Assembly: GCF_000315625.1 (NCBI RefSeq) | Contig: NW_005434622.1 | Span: 73,506-137,505, forward strand | From: Guillardia theta CCMP2712 | Taxonomy: Eukaryota > Protista > Cryptophyta | Length of the DNA stretch: 64,000 bases | Reading direction: 5' to 3' | Shown here: positions 1-13,322 of the stretch, piece by piece | Position numbering within the stretch: position 1 is the first letter of the stretch | Layout: each line of letters opens with the position of its first letter | Position numbers and translations under genes: made by a program | Notes under the pieces: model-generated | Seen by the model: the letters and a program-made list of their open reading frames with translations, nothing else | Databases searched by the model: none | What the model was told of the DNA's origin: nothing

Positions 1-3000
1 TCTTCTTTTCTGTCTTTCTGTCTCTTCTTCTATTTCTTCTTCATCTTCAACATCTCTTCTCTTCTAGTCTCTCACGACTTCCCCTCCATCCTCGTATCCC
101 TCCATCATCTCAGGAACTTACATGGAGCCAGATATCTGCCCCACAGCGATTAGGGTGCTGCCCGGCTCGAGCTTGCGGAGGACGGAGGCATGAGCTAGCG
201 TGCGAATGTCTTGCGAGTCCATGATGGAGAGGAGAGGAGACTTTCTCAGCGTGAGGATCTTTGTGACCTGCAGGAACTTCAGAAGGGGAAAGGGAAGACA
301 AACTCAGGAGCGGAAGGAGATTGGAAAGGGAGGAAGGGGGGAGAGGTAGGGGAGGAGAGGTAAGAGGGAGAGGTAGGGGAGGCGAGGTAGGGGAGGAGAG
401 GTAAGAGGGAGAGGTAGGGGAGGAGGAGTATATTCTTGCCTGCGTGATGTCACCATTATCAATAGCCTCGTCGTCAATAGGAGGAAGCATGAAACTGGTA
501 TTAGGAGTAGGAGCAGCAGGAGCAGCAGGAGCAGCAGGAGCAGGAGCTGCTGGACCCGAAGGAGCAGCAGGAGAAGTTTGTGTAGCAGGAGGCGAAGTCT
601 GTGTAGCAGGAGGAGGAGAGCTGGACTGGGCCGGAGCTTGATCGGGTTGAGCTTTGAGAGACTCGCTTCCTCCTTGCTCCTTCTTCATCTGTTCCCTCCC
701 TCCGTCCTCCTTGAAGCTGGCAGATTTGTCCTTCAATTTCAACTTCTCCTGCTCCTTGCCCTGCTCCTTGCCCTGCTCCTTGCCCTGCTCCTTGCCCTGC
801 TCCTTGCCCTGCTCCTCTGACGTCACCGGGAGTCGTTTCATGGAGCCATGCATGAGGATGGCGGCGAGAGACTTGGGTTTCTTGGACCCCTCGGCTGACT
901 TGATCCGCTCCTTCTCCTCTATCGCCTCCTCCGTCGCCAGCGCTCGTTTGAAGATCTCAGCTACCGACTCCTTGAGAACTCCACTCTTGTCTCCTCCCAG
1001 CTCCTTCTTCTTCTTCCTCCTCCTCCCGATCGCCTCCAGCTCCTTCGATTCGTCCACCACACGATGCTCTGTAGTGTAGGAGGAGCTGGCAAGCGCTGGA
1101 ACTTTACCTGATTTCCTGGGGAGATTCAGAGCGTGAGAGGAGAATGATTGCGAGGAAGCAGGAAGAGGTTTTTTGAGGAATAGAACATGAACGAGGGAGA
1201 AGGAAACGAGAAAGGAGGGAAGAAGTAAGGAAGGAGGGAGGAGGGGAGGGGAGGAGGGGAGGGGAGGAGGAAGGGAGGGAGGAGGGGAGGGAGGAGGGGA
1301 GGGGAGGAGGGGAGGGGAGGAGGGAGGGAGGGAGGAAGAGGGAGATAGGGAAGAGGAAAGAAATGGCTGTTTGAAAGCGAGGCATACTGGGGCAGCACGA
1401 CGACCAAGTGCGGCAAACTTGCATCGACATCGGAGAGAGACTTCTGGATCAACCCGAGAGAGCAGTGCGGGTTGGCAATGTCTTCACGGAGACTCGTCTG
1501 AATGTTTGTGAGGAGGGACGCGGGCAGCGAGAGAAAAGGAGGCAAGGGAGGAGGAAGTTGACGGGAGGGGTACAGTAGGATAGGCAGTTCTGACCAGGGC
1601 AGGAGGAGTTGGAGGAGAACGAGAGCGCCAAAGAAGGGAACAAGGGGATAGGATGAAGAGCAGATGACGAGGAGAGGGGAACAGGAGGGGGAGGGAGGGA
1701 GGGAGGGAGGGAAGGAGGGAGGAGAGGGATGAAACAACGAGATACCAGCGTGAACGAGCTGTGAAAATATTGACAGATCCTTGAAAATCGATGACCCACA
1801 GCCTCCAACAGCTCCGCATGCTCAGGCATCGAGTCCACGATGCAGAGCTTGAGCTACACATTGTCTTTAGCAAATCATTTTTCCCTCCCCTCCCCTCTGC
1901 CTTCTTCTCCTCTCCTCTCCTCTCCTCGCCTCTCCTTTCCTCTCCTCTCCTCTCCTCTCCTCTCCTCTCCTCTCCTCTCCTCTCCTCTCCTCTCCTCTCC
2001 TCTCCTCTCCTCTCCTCTCCTCTCCTCTCCTCTCCTCTCTTCTGCACCTCGATCGAGCGAGATATCTGAACTTCAGGCACTCGGAAGCTCGAGGACAACT
2101 CCGTCCTCCCGATAATCTGAAAACCTCCATGACTACAAAGATGTAACGTGGGAGGAGACGAGGAGCAGGACAGCAAACAGAGAGTCAAGGAGGGCACCAG
2201 AAAATAGGGGCAGGGGCAGGACAAGGCACGAGTATCTGGCAGAGGAGGAAGAGAGGAGGAAGAGAGGAGGAAGGGGGTGCTCAGGGAGCGGAAGGAGGAA
2301 GAACGTAGGGGCCGGGGGGAGGAGGTCAGGATTTCAAGGGCCTCACCTGCTCATTGCAGAGTTTCGACACGTAGGATATCGAGTGACTGCCGGGAAAGGA
2401 GGGCCAGTGCTGTACCCTCACTCGCTCGATCACCGTCCATGGCTTCAAGAACAGCTTGTGGTCGGGAGGAGGAGCCGATCGGGTGCTGGTGGATCGGAGG
2501 AGGAGGTAGTCGCCGTCCGTCACTGACTGCAGTCTCCTCTTGAACGGCTCGAAGGCGATGCAGACCTCGAAGTCGCCGGGGCAGAGGACGTGGGATGGGC
2601 AGGACAAGGACACGGCAGGGATGATAGTCTCGAAGGAATCGCTCTGGGCTGAGGGCCACATGGCATTGTGCTCGTGGTAGTAGCGGAGGATGTATCGACC
2701 CTTGCTGGTGAGGAAGCGACCGCTGAGAAAGATGTCCTCCGACTTGCTCGAGACAGTGATGCGGGTGATGGCGTCACTGGGAGACCTGCCGACGAAGTTC
2801 ATGATGAAGGACGGCAAGGGAGAGAGGGAAGGAGGAGGGAGAGGGGCAGGGACAGGGCAGGAGCGAGGGAGGGCAGGCGGGAAAGGACGATGGCAGAAGG
2901 GAGGGGAGGGGGAGGTAAAAGGGAGGGAAAAAGGGAGAGGAAGATGGCGAGAGGGAGGGAGGGAGAGAGGGAGGGAGGGAGGGAGGGAGAAGGAAGATGC

Positions 3001-4033
3001 GGGAGCAGGAAGGGAGCGCGGGGGGCGGGTGGTGGTAGTGGGGAGGGTCACTTGAGCTCGTGGTCCACTAGCTCCTGCTTCATCTGGGATGGTCGCTGAG
3101 CGATCAGATCTTTGTAGGCTGAGTCTTGTCGATCATCGGCCTCAAACAGCGCGATGAATCCTCCCGGTTCCAAATCCCAGTCGTCCTGCGACACAATCCT
3201 GTAGGAGATGGGCAGGTCGTCTCCGATGAGGACGCTTCTGGCTGTTGAGAGGTAGACCTGGAACGGGTACGAGAAGGCGGGAGGGTAACGTTGAGCCTTG
3301 CGCAGATGGTGCTGAAGAGCTGATTGAGAAAAGGCTCGTTCCCAAACTTGTCGAGGGCCTCGTTGCAGATCTCAGCAGCTTTCAGGTTGTTGCCAGAGGT
3401 TGCAAGCTCTCTAATTCTCTCTTCGTACTCCTGCACAGAACCTTCAATGTTGTCCTCCAACGCGATGTGCGACGTCTGCGACCCAGCAGTGGGCGGAGCT
3501 GACATGTCCTCCTCAAACACGATGTCAAGAAAGATCCCTTCAATGATTGACCGTGCAATGGCGTACGAGTATGCCTTAGCAACCTTGTTCTGCCTCGCCG
3601 TATCTGTTGGCCTCGTCTTCTGTGGTGCCTTGGTCATGGTTGTCGCTGTTTGCACAAGAGATCTTGGCCAGGACTCGTCCATGCTGCTGAACATCAAGGG
3701 TGTCTCGTTGTCCAGATGAGAGTCCGAGTACGACTCGAGAACGGCTTGACGATGAATGGTCGAACGTCTCTTCATCACCATGCTGTGCCTGCGGTCATTC
3801 GGCTTGCTCTTACTCGAGGTCAGGATCTGATCGATTTCATCGAGAGTTCCCAGCAGAGATTTGTACTGGTTGTTACTCGACAGCTCTCTATGAAGAGAGC
3901 TAGCGGAAGAGCTTCTTCGAGAGCTCGTTTCAAAGTCCACGTCTTCACTCTTCACCGATCCTGTCCCCATACTCTTCACTGTCTCTACGCTTGATCGTCT
4001 TGGATTCATTGCTGACATGGCCGATTGCTTCAT
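1..4033 (-). CDS. Large multi-exon hypothetical protein (3' end runs off the window). Possible tandem Ig-like/SKICH-like beta domains, followed by a charged low-complexity region with EQGK repeats
   Basis: ATG at 4033 (MKQSAMSAMNPRR...). Coding-like exons at 3289-4033, 3050-3243 (RSVLIGDDLPISYRIV...GGFIALF), 2345-2812 (GRYILRYYHEHN...SDSFETIIP) and 436-1080, separated by GT-AG introns filled with purine/pyrimidine repeats. Domain call is weak. Confidence 0.55.
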
Positions 4034-5129
4034 TCTATCGTTCCTTGACCATCAGTAGTGACATTGATAGCTGGCCTAGCGCAAGGGACCGGTAGAGTTG
4101 TCTCCTTTTCTCTCCGATGGCACCCCCTGCTTGGGGACTAGCATCACATCATCTGCACAAACAAGACAGAGGATCAGCGTCAGTTACAAAAGTGAAGATA
4201 TTCATCAAAAGATTCAAGGGGGACGAAGTGAACTTCAGCAGGCAGACTTGTATACTCGGACCGTCCTACGGTCTGACTCCGGCGGGTGACGCAGCGAGTC
4301 AGCCCTATGAATGTGAGTGGGAGGCAACGGCGAGCAGGGCTGGTGAAGGATGGTAGATTGTGACTGTGATGCAGCGGCGATCATATGGCAGCGGCATTGA
4401 ACCTGCGATCTTCCGCGAACTCGCCGGCGCGCCTATCGTACATGATGGGTGGGATGAAAAAGTGAGAGTCCGTTGAAGACGGTTGGAAAGTCGTTATAGG
4501 ATCGTTTCAGACCGTTAGGTCTTCATGGTGATTGATCTGAAGCGAGCCCGATTAAAGTAGTCCTGTAGGGTAGGGTAGGGTAGCGCAAAGACAGGGCAAG
4601 GGTCATTTTTTTAGTCCATTTGTGAACATTTTCTAGTGTGTTGATGGTCGATTGTAGGGGTCCACAAAAAACTTTTAGGAACTGTTCACTTTTCGTTCTT
4701 GCATGTCAGAATTAGTAGGGGTAGGCAGTTCAAAGTAAGAGTAGATTATGACCACCCATCTGTCTTAGTAATGAAAGGTGGGGTAGCAGGAATCTTTACA
4801 TGCAGGGGACAAGTCATGTTGGTGAAGAGGGGTGGGTTAAAGGTCAAGGGTGGGGTACTATATGTGGATGGAGTGGGGTGGTACACAGAGGAAGCGAAGG
4901 GGACGAGGGATAAGGGAGGGGGTGGGGGTGGATTCGTGGTTGTGCATGTGCGTCACTTGCCGCGATCAGATGGCCGGAAGGGGAGATGATGCGGGAGGAG
5001 GAAAAGAGAGATGGAGAGATGGAGATATGGAGAGAGGAGGGAGGAGGGAGGAGGGAGGCGAGAGGAGAGAGGAGAGATGATGGAGGATGGAGGAGATGAT
5101 GGAGGCGAGAGGAGAGATGCGAGCTCGAG

Positions 5130-5229
5130 NNNNNNNNNNNNNNNNNNNNNNNNNNNNNNNNNNNNNNNNNNNNNNNNNNNNNNNNNNNNNNNNNNNNNNN
5201 NNNNNNNNNNNNNNNNNNNNNNNNNNNNN
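5130..5229. other. Assembly gap (100 N) inside a GA-rich microsatellite
   Basis: Run of 100 n. Confidence 1.
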
Positions 5230-5980
5230 AGGAGAGAGGAGAGAGGAGAGAGGAGAGAGGAGATGGAGGAGAGAGGACAGAAGAGGTCGTTGTTCATGCT
5301 GAGACGTGGAGCTGCAAAGGAGAAGCAAAGAGATGCGAAGGAGAAGGTTTTGAGTACTGAAGGAGTAGTTCAAGTGGGTATATTGAGCGACAGTGGAGAA
5401 GAGGGCAAGGGATGAAGGGAGGGAATAATGAGAAGAGGAGGCGAATATTAGAGAGAAGCAAGTTTGAGGAAAGATGATTTGGATCAATTTGGAAGAGGAA
5501 GAGTAAAGAGGGCGCCGATGACGTGAAAGTGGGCAAGGCAGTGGCGGGAGAAGAAATGAATGAAGAGAGGAGAACACAGGAGGAAGGAGAGAAGAAGTTG
5601 TTGAGTTGACGAGGAGAGGATAATCGGGCAAAGTGTGGCAAAACTGGGGAAGTGAGGTAAGGACGAAAGGAAGGGAATATGGGAACAAAGCGAGGGGTTG
5701 ACAAGGAGGATTGGAGGATGATTAAGTCTCAGGAAAGAGAGGTGGAATGTTTGGAATGAACTCTGGAGAAGAGAAAATGGGTACCACAGCAACACTTGCA
5801 ATATTTGATTTTTCATGCTGCTGCCACATGTGTTTCTTCAATTTCAACGCTCGTCTTGAGCATGTTTGAATGTAGTCATGTACCCTCAGAAGTTGTACTG
5901 ACCTCTACCATCACGTGAAGATTATTTGAGGCTCCTAACTTCTTGTTTTCAGTCACGTCTTTTGCAACGGGTGAGAAGAT

Positions 5981-8624
5981 ATGGCAAACCAGGTCTGATG
6001 GACATCACTTATCATAGTGAAGGCTTACCTTGTTGACCAGGACGACCTACCACCAGACTCCTGGGATGAGGCGGAAGAAGAAGCCTTGGTTTCTGTGAGA
6101 GTTTTCAGTTGTCAATGTTGCAATGCTCTAACGCTGATTTCAGCGAATGAAGACGGCTGAAATTGCCAACGACACGAATGCTTCCGAAGAAATGCTCAAC
6201 AAGGTCGGCTCTTTGATTTACGCTCTGCCCGATATTTACGTATGGTTATCGAAGGCGTTGCAAAATCCCAAGGAACGCTCAACCCTGCTCAAGGTGATTC
6301 TGTATTTGGTCAAAGTTGTCGGCTGATCATCAACAGTTGGACGAGCAGTTCGAGCGGTTCTTGTCCAACCCTGAGTAAGAAACAATCACAGCTGGAACTA
6401 TTCTACTGAGATCTGCTGACCTGGTTTTCTATCAGGCTGCAGCATATCCGTTTCAAAGGAGTGTCTGAAAAGCACATCTCCATGGTGAAATGCGTTGCGG
6501 ACTTGTTCCTGCTGAAGACAAGCTCGTCTGGAGATGGCAGCATATGTGAGTCCGATTTGTTTTGATTGCTGAGATGATAGATTTTTGACGAACTTCCCGC
6601 AGGTATTTCTAAAACCGCTCGCTCAACTGTGCCAGAGAGTAGGTTTGGAGAGCCAAGACACGTTGCAGGTATTTTATTTACGTCGTCCAGGGGGTTACTG
6701 ACTTCGCTACAGGCAGACAGATCAAGCCCATGGAGGCGAAACCTTCGGAGCAGGAAGTCAAGGTTGCGCTAAGCAGCCAGATTCTCCTCTTCTGACTTGA
6801 AATCGCAGGTCATGCGCAGAGACGTAGCGCAGAGACAGGACGACAGGGCAGCGCGACTAGCAGGTGTCTATTTTCTTGTGATTTAAATGTTGTAAGTGAG
6901 TTGCAGCGAAACGTGGAGAGAAGAAGAAGTCAGCTGAAGAAAGGCAAGCTTTTGCACGCTGATGCAACTGAAGCTCACCTATTCAAATCAGGCAACAGGA
7001 ATATCTTCAAGCTCGAGCACGAATTTTCAACCAACAAGACACTGCGGATGAAGTACCAGACCTCGGCCAGTCATCCCGTCCCTCACCTTACTTGTTCTCA
7101 GCAGGTTGCAACACCGCCTGAAGCCAGCTCTTCTCCAACAGCTGCTTATGCGTCAAGCTCCTCCAATGGTCCGCTGGGACCGGTGCAAGGAGGCATGGGT
7201 ACAGCTTCGCCTTGACGCTCACCAGAGTAAGCAAGTGTTGACGCCTGTGTTGGCCTCAGGTTTCTCCGCCGGCAGGGGGAAGCGAGAAGGTCCCTTGCCC
7301 GACCAGGCTGAGTCGAAGGCGAACCCACAAGCCCCGAGAATGCCTAAGAAGGTGCGGGAGAAGCCGCAAGGAAGCTTCTCACCTGTTGGCTCAGGCCGTC
7401 ATGACCAACAAGCTTGCTGACCTGCAAGACCCGGACTACGATCGTTCTCGTTACGGACCCAAGGTGGCTTAAGAACATCTCCTTGCCGCGTGCTCATGGT
7501 GAATCTGCAGCCTCTCAAGTATCCGATGTCGCTCAGTGCGGGAGCCCAGGAGTTCTTGCCGGTACATGTACGCAGAGGGTGACACCAGGGTCCTCGTGAC
7601 ATCGCGACAGGAGCGAGAATGGGGGAACGAGAGCCCCCAGTTCGGCATGGGAGAGCTTCCTACTGGAATTCCGCCTCCTGTTCCTCACCCGTCCATGGGC
7701 TGGCCTGGCCCCTTGAACGGCATGGGACCCTCGTACCCCATGTGGAACATGGGCGGGTGGGGGCTGCAGCCTTCCATCCCCTCCCACCTCAACTTCCCTG
7801 GAGACCTTCCTTTCAGTTCCAACGGCTTCCCTTCGGCTTTCCCCCCGCCCCAGCAGTTGGATGCCAAGATGCCCGCCATGGGCATGTACTACCAAGGCGG
7901 GGCGGAAAGCTTCTCTTCAGGCTCTTACAGCAATGGACTGCAGCCTATTGGCTCCAGTGATGGTTTCAGCGGATTGGACCCGACTTCATCCCAAGTAAGA
8001 GACTATGTAGCAAACGGGTGAGCAGCGAAATGGATCTTAAAGTTTCTCCTGTCTGACTTTGATGTCAAGGTCCACCAACATCGAGAACTCTCAATCTGAG
8101 CCTTACCATGATTCCTCCTCTTATCAATCTGATTTTCCCGCTCTTGGCTGATTTTCGGTTGGTTCTGACTCGTTGATCATCCAGGCTGTTGGGCTGACGT
8201 TTTTTCGCAGACACTCTTTGATCTTCTTTCCTCCTCTTCTCTCCGCACATCCCGTTCTTCGACAGTCGTTCCTTTGCATTCTCCTTCCTTCGTGGCCTCT
8301 GGCTTATCAATCGTGCCAGCTCTCATCGTGCTCTACAAGACTTTTCTGTTTCAAATCTTGATCTTCAAGTTTCTTCGGATAGTCTGGATGTCTTGTTCCT
8401 CCAACAGCCCACTGGGCTCTGAGACAACAGGTTCAGATGCTTCAGAGACGTTTGCTCCGGGCGAGATGGACAATGTTAGCCTCCTTGCCGCTCTCGGATA
8501 TCAGAGCGATGGTCCAAGGGTGCATGGTGCAACTTTGAGAAGCTATTCTTATGGCCAACTAGAACAAGAGGATGCTTCGAGCTTTTCTAGCTCGATATGC
8601 GACCGTTCTCTTAAGGATATTTAA
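5981..8624 (+). CDS. R3H-like + SUZ domain RNA-binding protein (R3HDM/Encore-like), multi-exon, Pro/Gly/Met-rich C-terminus
   Basis: Spliced translation gives ALQNPKERSTLLKLDEQFERFLSNP...LQHIRFKGVSEKHISMVKCVADLFLL (degenerate R3H) and KKKSAEER|QQEYLQARARIFNQ (SUZ motif) across a GC-AG intron at 6944-6991. 3' end approximate. Confidence 0.7.
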
Positions 8625-9020
8625 AGCCGGACAGGATCGTTATCGCGGATCCCTGCGAAACTTTTCAATGACCGTCTGGCAACTCTACGACTTGTAAATA
8701 CGATTATTCATTCATCGACAAATCTATCTTCTTATTTCTTTTTCGTGGTTTTTCTTCTCGTTTCCCATGGAAATTCTTTTCACGCACTGACAACTGATCT
8801 CACTGGAAGTCAGTGGCACATCAATACGGCTCGAAGCCAGAAAGCACAGCTGATCTCAACTACAAGGTGAACGGCTGTGAGCGTGAACATCGCAAGATGA
8901 CTTGTCGTTGCAGGCACGTCATGTGACATGTAACAAATCTGATTGAGTTCAAGATGAAGAGCTTGCGAGCATTTTTCGAATGTGAAGGCTAATAAACAGA
9001 CAGAAGGCAGCTGGTGGCTG

Positions 9021-10950
9021 TTACAAGAAATCCGGGTTGAAGGTCATGAGCCTCGGCCCCTTGAGCGTCAGATTCATGAGGCTCATCTGATGCAGGTTGC
9101 TGATCTCTTCGAAGGTCGAACCTTTGTGGACCTGAAGAGAAAGATGAGATGAGATGAGATGAGATGAGATGAGATAGATAGAAGAGAAGAGAAGAGAAGA
9201 GAAGAGAAGAGATGAAAAGGAGCAAAGAAATGATGATGCTGTGGCGAGGAGAAGTAGACGAGAATTGACAAGGAGGTGAAGAGATATTGAGAATAGGAGC
9301 AGCAGATGAAGCCAAGAGAGATAGGCAGGAGCGTTTGCCTGTCAAAGGTTTCTACCTTGAAAGTTTTCTTCCTCTTCAACGCAAAGTCGAAGGCAAGTGA
9401 AGGTTTCCCCGGCCCCTCCTCCTCGTCGGCTATCGCGAGTCAGGTGGGAGTGTCAGCCTCCTCCTCTCACCTGGAGGCAGCAGCGAATGCCGAAGATCCT
9501 TGGGGCGCAGGAGCAGCTTCGTCCTCGTGCACGGCAGAGCCTGCACGTCCAGCACGGACTTGGGGACTCTGTGAGGAAGTCAGACGAGAGGAGGAGGAGG
9601 AGGAGGAGGAAGGAAGAGGAGAAGGGGACAGAAAAGTAGCTGGAGCAGGAGCAGGAGCAGGAGGAAACGATAGCGCACGTCTGCCGTCCTTTCCAGAGGG
9701 CCGGAGTGATCATCTTGTGTGGGAATCTCTCTTGCACTGGGTCCCATTCCGACAAGATGCTGTTTGCCCCTACGTTGAGCGTGTGGATGTTGCTGTTGCC
9801 CTTCAACCCCTTCGTCCGTCTCAGTCTCCCTCCTCCTTCTCCTCTCCCCCATCCTCTTCGTCCTCGTCCTCTCCCTCCGCCCCCCTCTGACCCCTTCCTC
9901 TCCCTCCATCTCCTGCTTCCTCCTCCCCTTCCACCTGAATCAGCGCCACGCAGCCTGAGGCGACTCGAGGGTCTCCCATGCCGCTGGGGCCTGACAGGCA
10001 GTTAGAGGAGCGGGAGAGGAGGAGGTGACTGACCGGGATGGAGATCGTTGAGGGGCTGAATCTGCAGCGACGTTAGCGTCGTCGTCTTCCGTAGAGCGTT
10101 GGCGATCCTGGTAGTTGCCTGCAGACTGTCAGGAGAACCACTCTTGTCGTCCTTCCCTCCTCCCTCCTTCTTCTCCCTCCTCCCTCTTCCTCCTCCCCCC
10201 TCCCTCCTCTCTTGATCCCGTTCTTCATGCTCACCAGGTCTCCGATCTGATTGTCGCCGAGGTCTAGGGTACGGAGGGAGAGGTTGTGTCGGAGGGCGCG
10301 GGCGATGGCCTCGCCGCCGGAGGCCTGCAGGTGGTTCCCGTAGACGTTGAGCTGGTTCAGCACAGTGTTGACTTGCAGCATCGACGCCAGCGCCGTCGCT
10401 CCCTCAGGCCCTGCAGCAGCGTCACGAGAGGACGCGGACGAGACGCGTACCGATCCTGTTCCCTCTTAGGTCGCATGATGTTACGCTCGGATGAGCCTGA
10501 GCACCAGAGTGAAGGAGGAGAGGAGGGAAGGGAGACAAAGAAAGGATAGGGGAAGGGAGGAGAGAAGGAGGAGAGAGAAGAAAAGGAGAGGAGAGGACAG
10601 GAGAGGAGAACGAGAGTGGGGGAGGTGAGGGGAGGAGAGAAGGAGGGGAGGGGAGAGAAGGAGAGGAGAGGGGAAGGCAGGAGAACCTGGATAGCGTCTG
10701 AAAGAGCGACGGCAGCTTCAGCATCGAGGTCGTTGTCTCTCAAGCTTAGGGACTTGAGGCTGGAGGTCTTGCGGATGAACTGAGCGATCTCGATGGCGTG
10801 TGAGTACTTGAGCCCGAAGCCTCTCAGGTTGATCGCTCGGATCCTCATGCCCGGGGTGACCTCACACAACTGACAATCCATCAGCACTCCTCCTCCTCCC
10901 CCTCCTCCTCCTCCTCCATCACCAACACCACCTCCACCACCTCCTCCTCC

Positions 10951-11032
<82 letters not shown>

Positions 11033-12100
11033 AAGGCGCTCTTATTCCTCCTCTTCCTGCTCCTGCTCCTCTCTCACCTGCAGAGGCTTCTTGCTGTCGG
11101 GAGTGAAGTGCGCGGGTAGAATCTCCCCGTCGACTTCAGGGTGGACCCAGCAGGACATGCTGGGGATGTAGAGGATGCCTGGAGGGGCGGTAGCTGGGAG
11201 CGGTCAGGAGGAAGCTGCACATGATCTGGAGCTGGGCACCTTGCTGGTGTTGTTGGTGAGAGTAGCAGCCGTAAAGTTTGCCGATGGAGTTGATGAAGAT
11301 GGCGGCACATCGCTGAAGGCCTTTGATAGCAAAGACAAGGAGAAGTGAGATAGATAAAGAAAAGAACAAGTCTTTAGCAATCAAGACAAGGGCGGTCAGT
11401 TACCGCTGTCTCGCTTCTTGACTCGCATCAGTACCTTGACAATCTTCTGAACCAGAATCGACACCGTGGGCCACCTTGCAGCAAGTAAACAAGGAGAGAG
11501 GAGAAAAATTGATGAGGAGGAAGGGAGGAGAGGAGGAGAGAACGAGAGGAGGAGGAGGAGGGTGAGGGTGAGGAGGCAGACCTCTGCTGGTGCAGCTTGC
11601 TGTAAGCTTCATGGATGATGGTATGAGTGCCCTTGGCTGTCTGTACGCTGGACAGGATGAAAACTTCGAAGGAACCGGTGCGAGGAAACTCGCCCTCCTC
11701 TAGCCATAACGATTACACGCATTAGCCTCCCCGTCACCACCACTCACTGTGACGATCTTGATCGAGGTTTTGAACACTCCAGACTTTCTTCCCGCCTTTG
11801 ATGGCCTTCAGTTCCTTCTTGTCCTTCAACCACTCCAAGAGCTCTAGAGTTGCTTGATTCTGCAAGATGGTGACGTCAAGAGGCAGCGCCGCTCTTGACA
11901 GAGACTGTATGACTGAGACAAGTCAGCCGCTACTGCTGGTTGCAGCATCAAGGTTTACGGTCTTGATAGTGATCTTGATAATGCTTCGGGTTTGCGTTGG
12001 CGCCGACGTGGCTGGTGCTGCAGTTTGCACTCACTCGAGGAATGAAGAGAGAGTCAGTCGCATACCAGAGCTCTACCACGATCACAACCGGCGTGTTCAT
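9021..12100 (-). CDS. Fusion of an N-terminal Rdx-family (SelW/SelH/SelT-like) thioredoxin-like domain and RNI-like leucine-rich repeats
   Basis: Exons give MNTPVVIVVELC|TSHVG...KHYQDHY...GEFPRTGSFEVFIL...AYSKLHQQR|WP (Rdx hallmarks). LRR exons give LKSLSLRDNDLDAEAAVALSDAIQ, LNQLNVYGNHLQASGGEAIARALRHNLSLRTLDLGDNQIGD and IHTLNVGANSI. An additional upstream exon is possible. Confidence 0.7.
10951..11032 (+). repeat. (CAA)n microsatellite in an intron of the Rdx-LRR gene
   Basis: Perfect acaaca... run. Confidence 0.95.
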
Positions 12101-12626
12101 CCTCGCCCCACCTCTCCCTGTCTTCACATGTCAGGAGGTCTAGAGCATCTCGACATTTCTTCTCGAGGATTGACAGCACAGTGATCGCAACATGTCTACA
12201 CTAGCATGCTTGAGCTCAGGCTTCTTTCGATCCTGCGGTTGCTCCTTCCCTTGAGTCGCATATCCTGCATTCTTTCTTTTCAAGTTCACTCAGGCACCTC
12301 CTGCTCCCCTTCCCCTCTCGCTTCCGTCCTCGTCTCTCTGTCTCAGCTCCGCCTGTCTGCTTGAATCCTTTCTCCTCCTTCCCCTTCCTCGCCCCTCCTG
12401 CTGTTCCTCCTCCCCATGCTTGTCGCTCTCGCTACATTTAACGGTCAACGGGCCTACGGTCACTAGTCTGGTATATGGTTGGGGTAGGAGCCTGCGCTGC
12501 CTTTTCTCTTGTCCTAGTTAAGCTCTGGGGGGGGTTCAGTCAAGGGGCGAGTAAAGGCGGCACCCAGTCCAGCTCTAGCGTAACCGAAACCTTGAGAGTA
12601 ATAACGTAAACGCGAAACTATGGTCG

Positions 12627-12826
12627 TACGTTGAAGCGGCATGACCAGAGGAGAGGAGAGAGGAGAGACGAGAGGAGAGACAAGAGGAGAGACGAGAGGA
12701 GAGACGAGAGGAGAGATGAGAGGAGAGACGAGAGGAGAGACGAGAGGAGAGGAGAGAGGAGAGACGAGAGGAGAGACGAGAGGAGAGGAGAGAGGAGAGA
12801 CGAGAGGAGAGGAGAGAGAGAGAGAA
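12627..12826 (+). repeat. Degenerate GA-rich minisatellite (gagaggagagac-type units), intergenic
   Basis: Tandem 12- and 17-bp GA-rich units. Confidence 0.9.
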
Positions 12827-13322
12827 GCAGTTGAAGGCGTCTGAATGTACGCGATGAGCTCCTGAGGACCAGGGAGGGAACAGGAGGATGCAGAAAGCGA
12901 GCTGATAGTGAAGAGAGCGAGCGAGCGAGGAGAGAAATGCTAATATTAGTGAGAGAAACGATGCAAGGGAACGAGAGGACCAGCAAAAGGAGGAGTGCAA
13001 GGCAAGCATCAGAAACAGGGAGAGAGACTGAGGGAGGGAGGGAGAGGACGGGGGTTTCATGGGAGGATAAATGAGGATGTGAAAGGGAGATACAAGGGTC
13101 TGAAAGATTCTGATTGACAGAAGGCGAGCAAGCACCGGAGAATCCGAGCGAAGACAAGACAAGGACGGGTCTAGCCTGATGCTTGCGATTACATCCTTTC
13201 GTCAGGATCGTTGTCGACGATGATCAAGGCTGGAGATGATAGTTTGAAGGATCATGTTTCAGCTATCATGTGACGAGTGACAAGATATCCCTTGAGTTTC
13301 TTCGAGCTTAATCCAACCTACG

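Noticed and set aside
4568-4583. (GGGTA)n as interstitial telomere
   Set aside because: Only three units and not a TTAGGG/TTTAGGG array; counted under the intergenic G-run motif instead.
5230-5820. Minus-strand ORFs next to the first assembly gap
   Set aside because: Derived from purine-rich low-complexity sequence with no domain evidence.
12010-12100. Possible selenoprotein (CxxU) in the Rdx domain
   Set aside because: The best splice gives C-T-S-H with no in-frame TGA, the nearby TGA triplets fall in the intron, and no SECIS was recognised.
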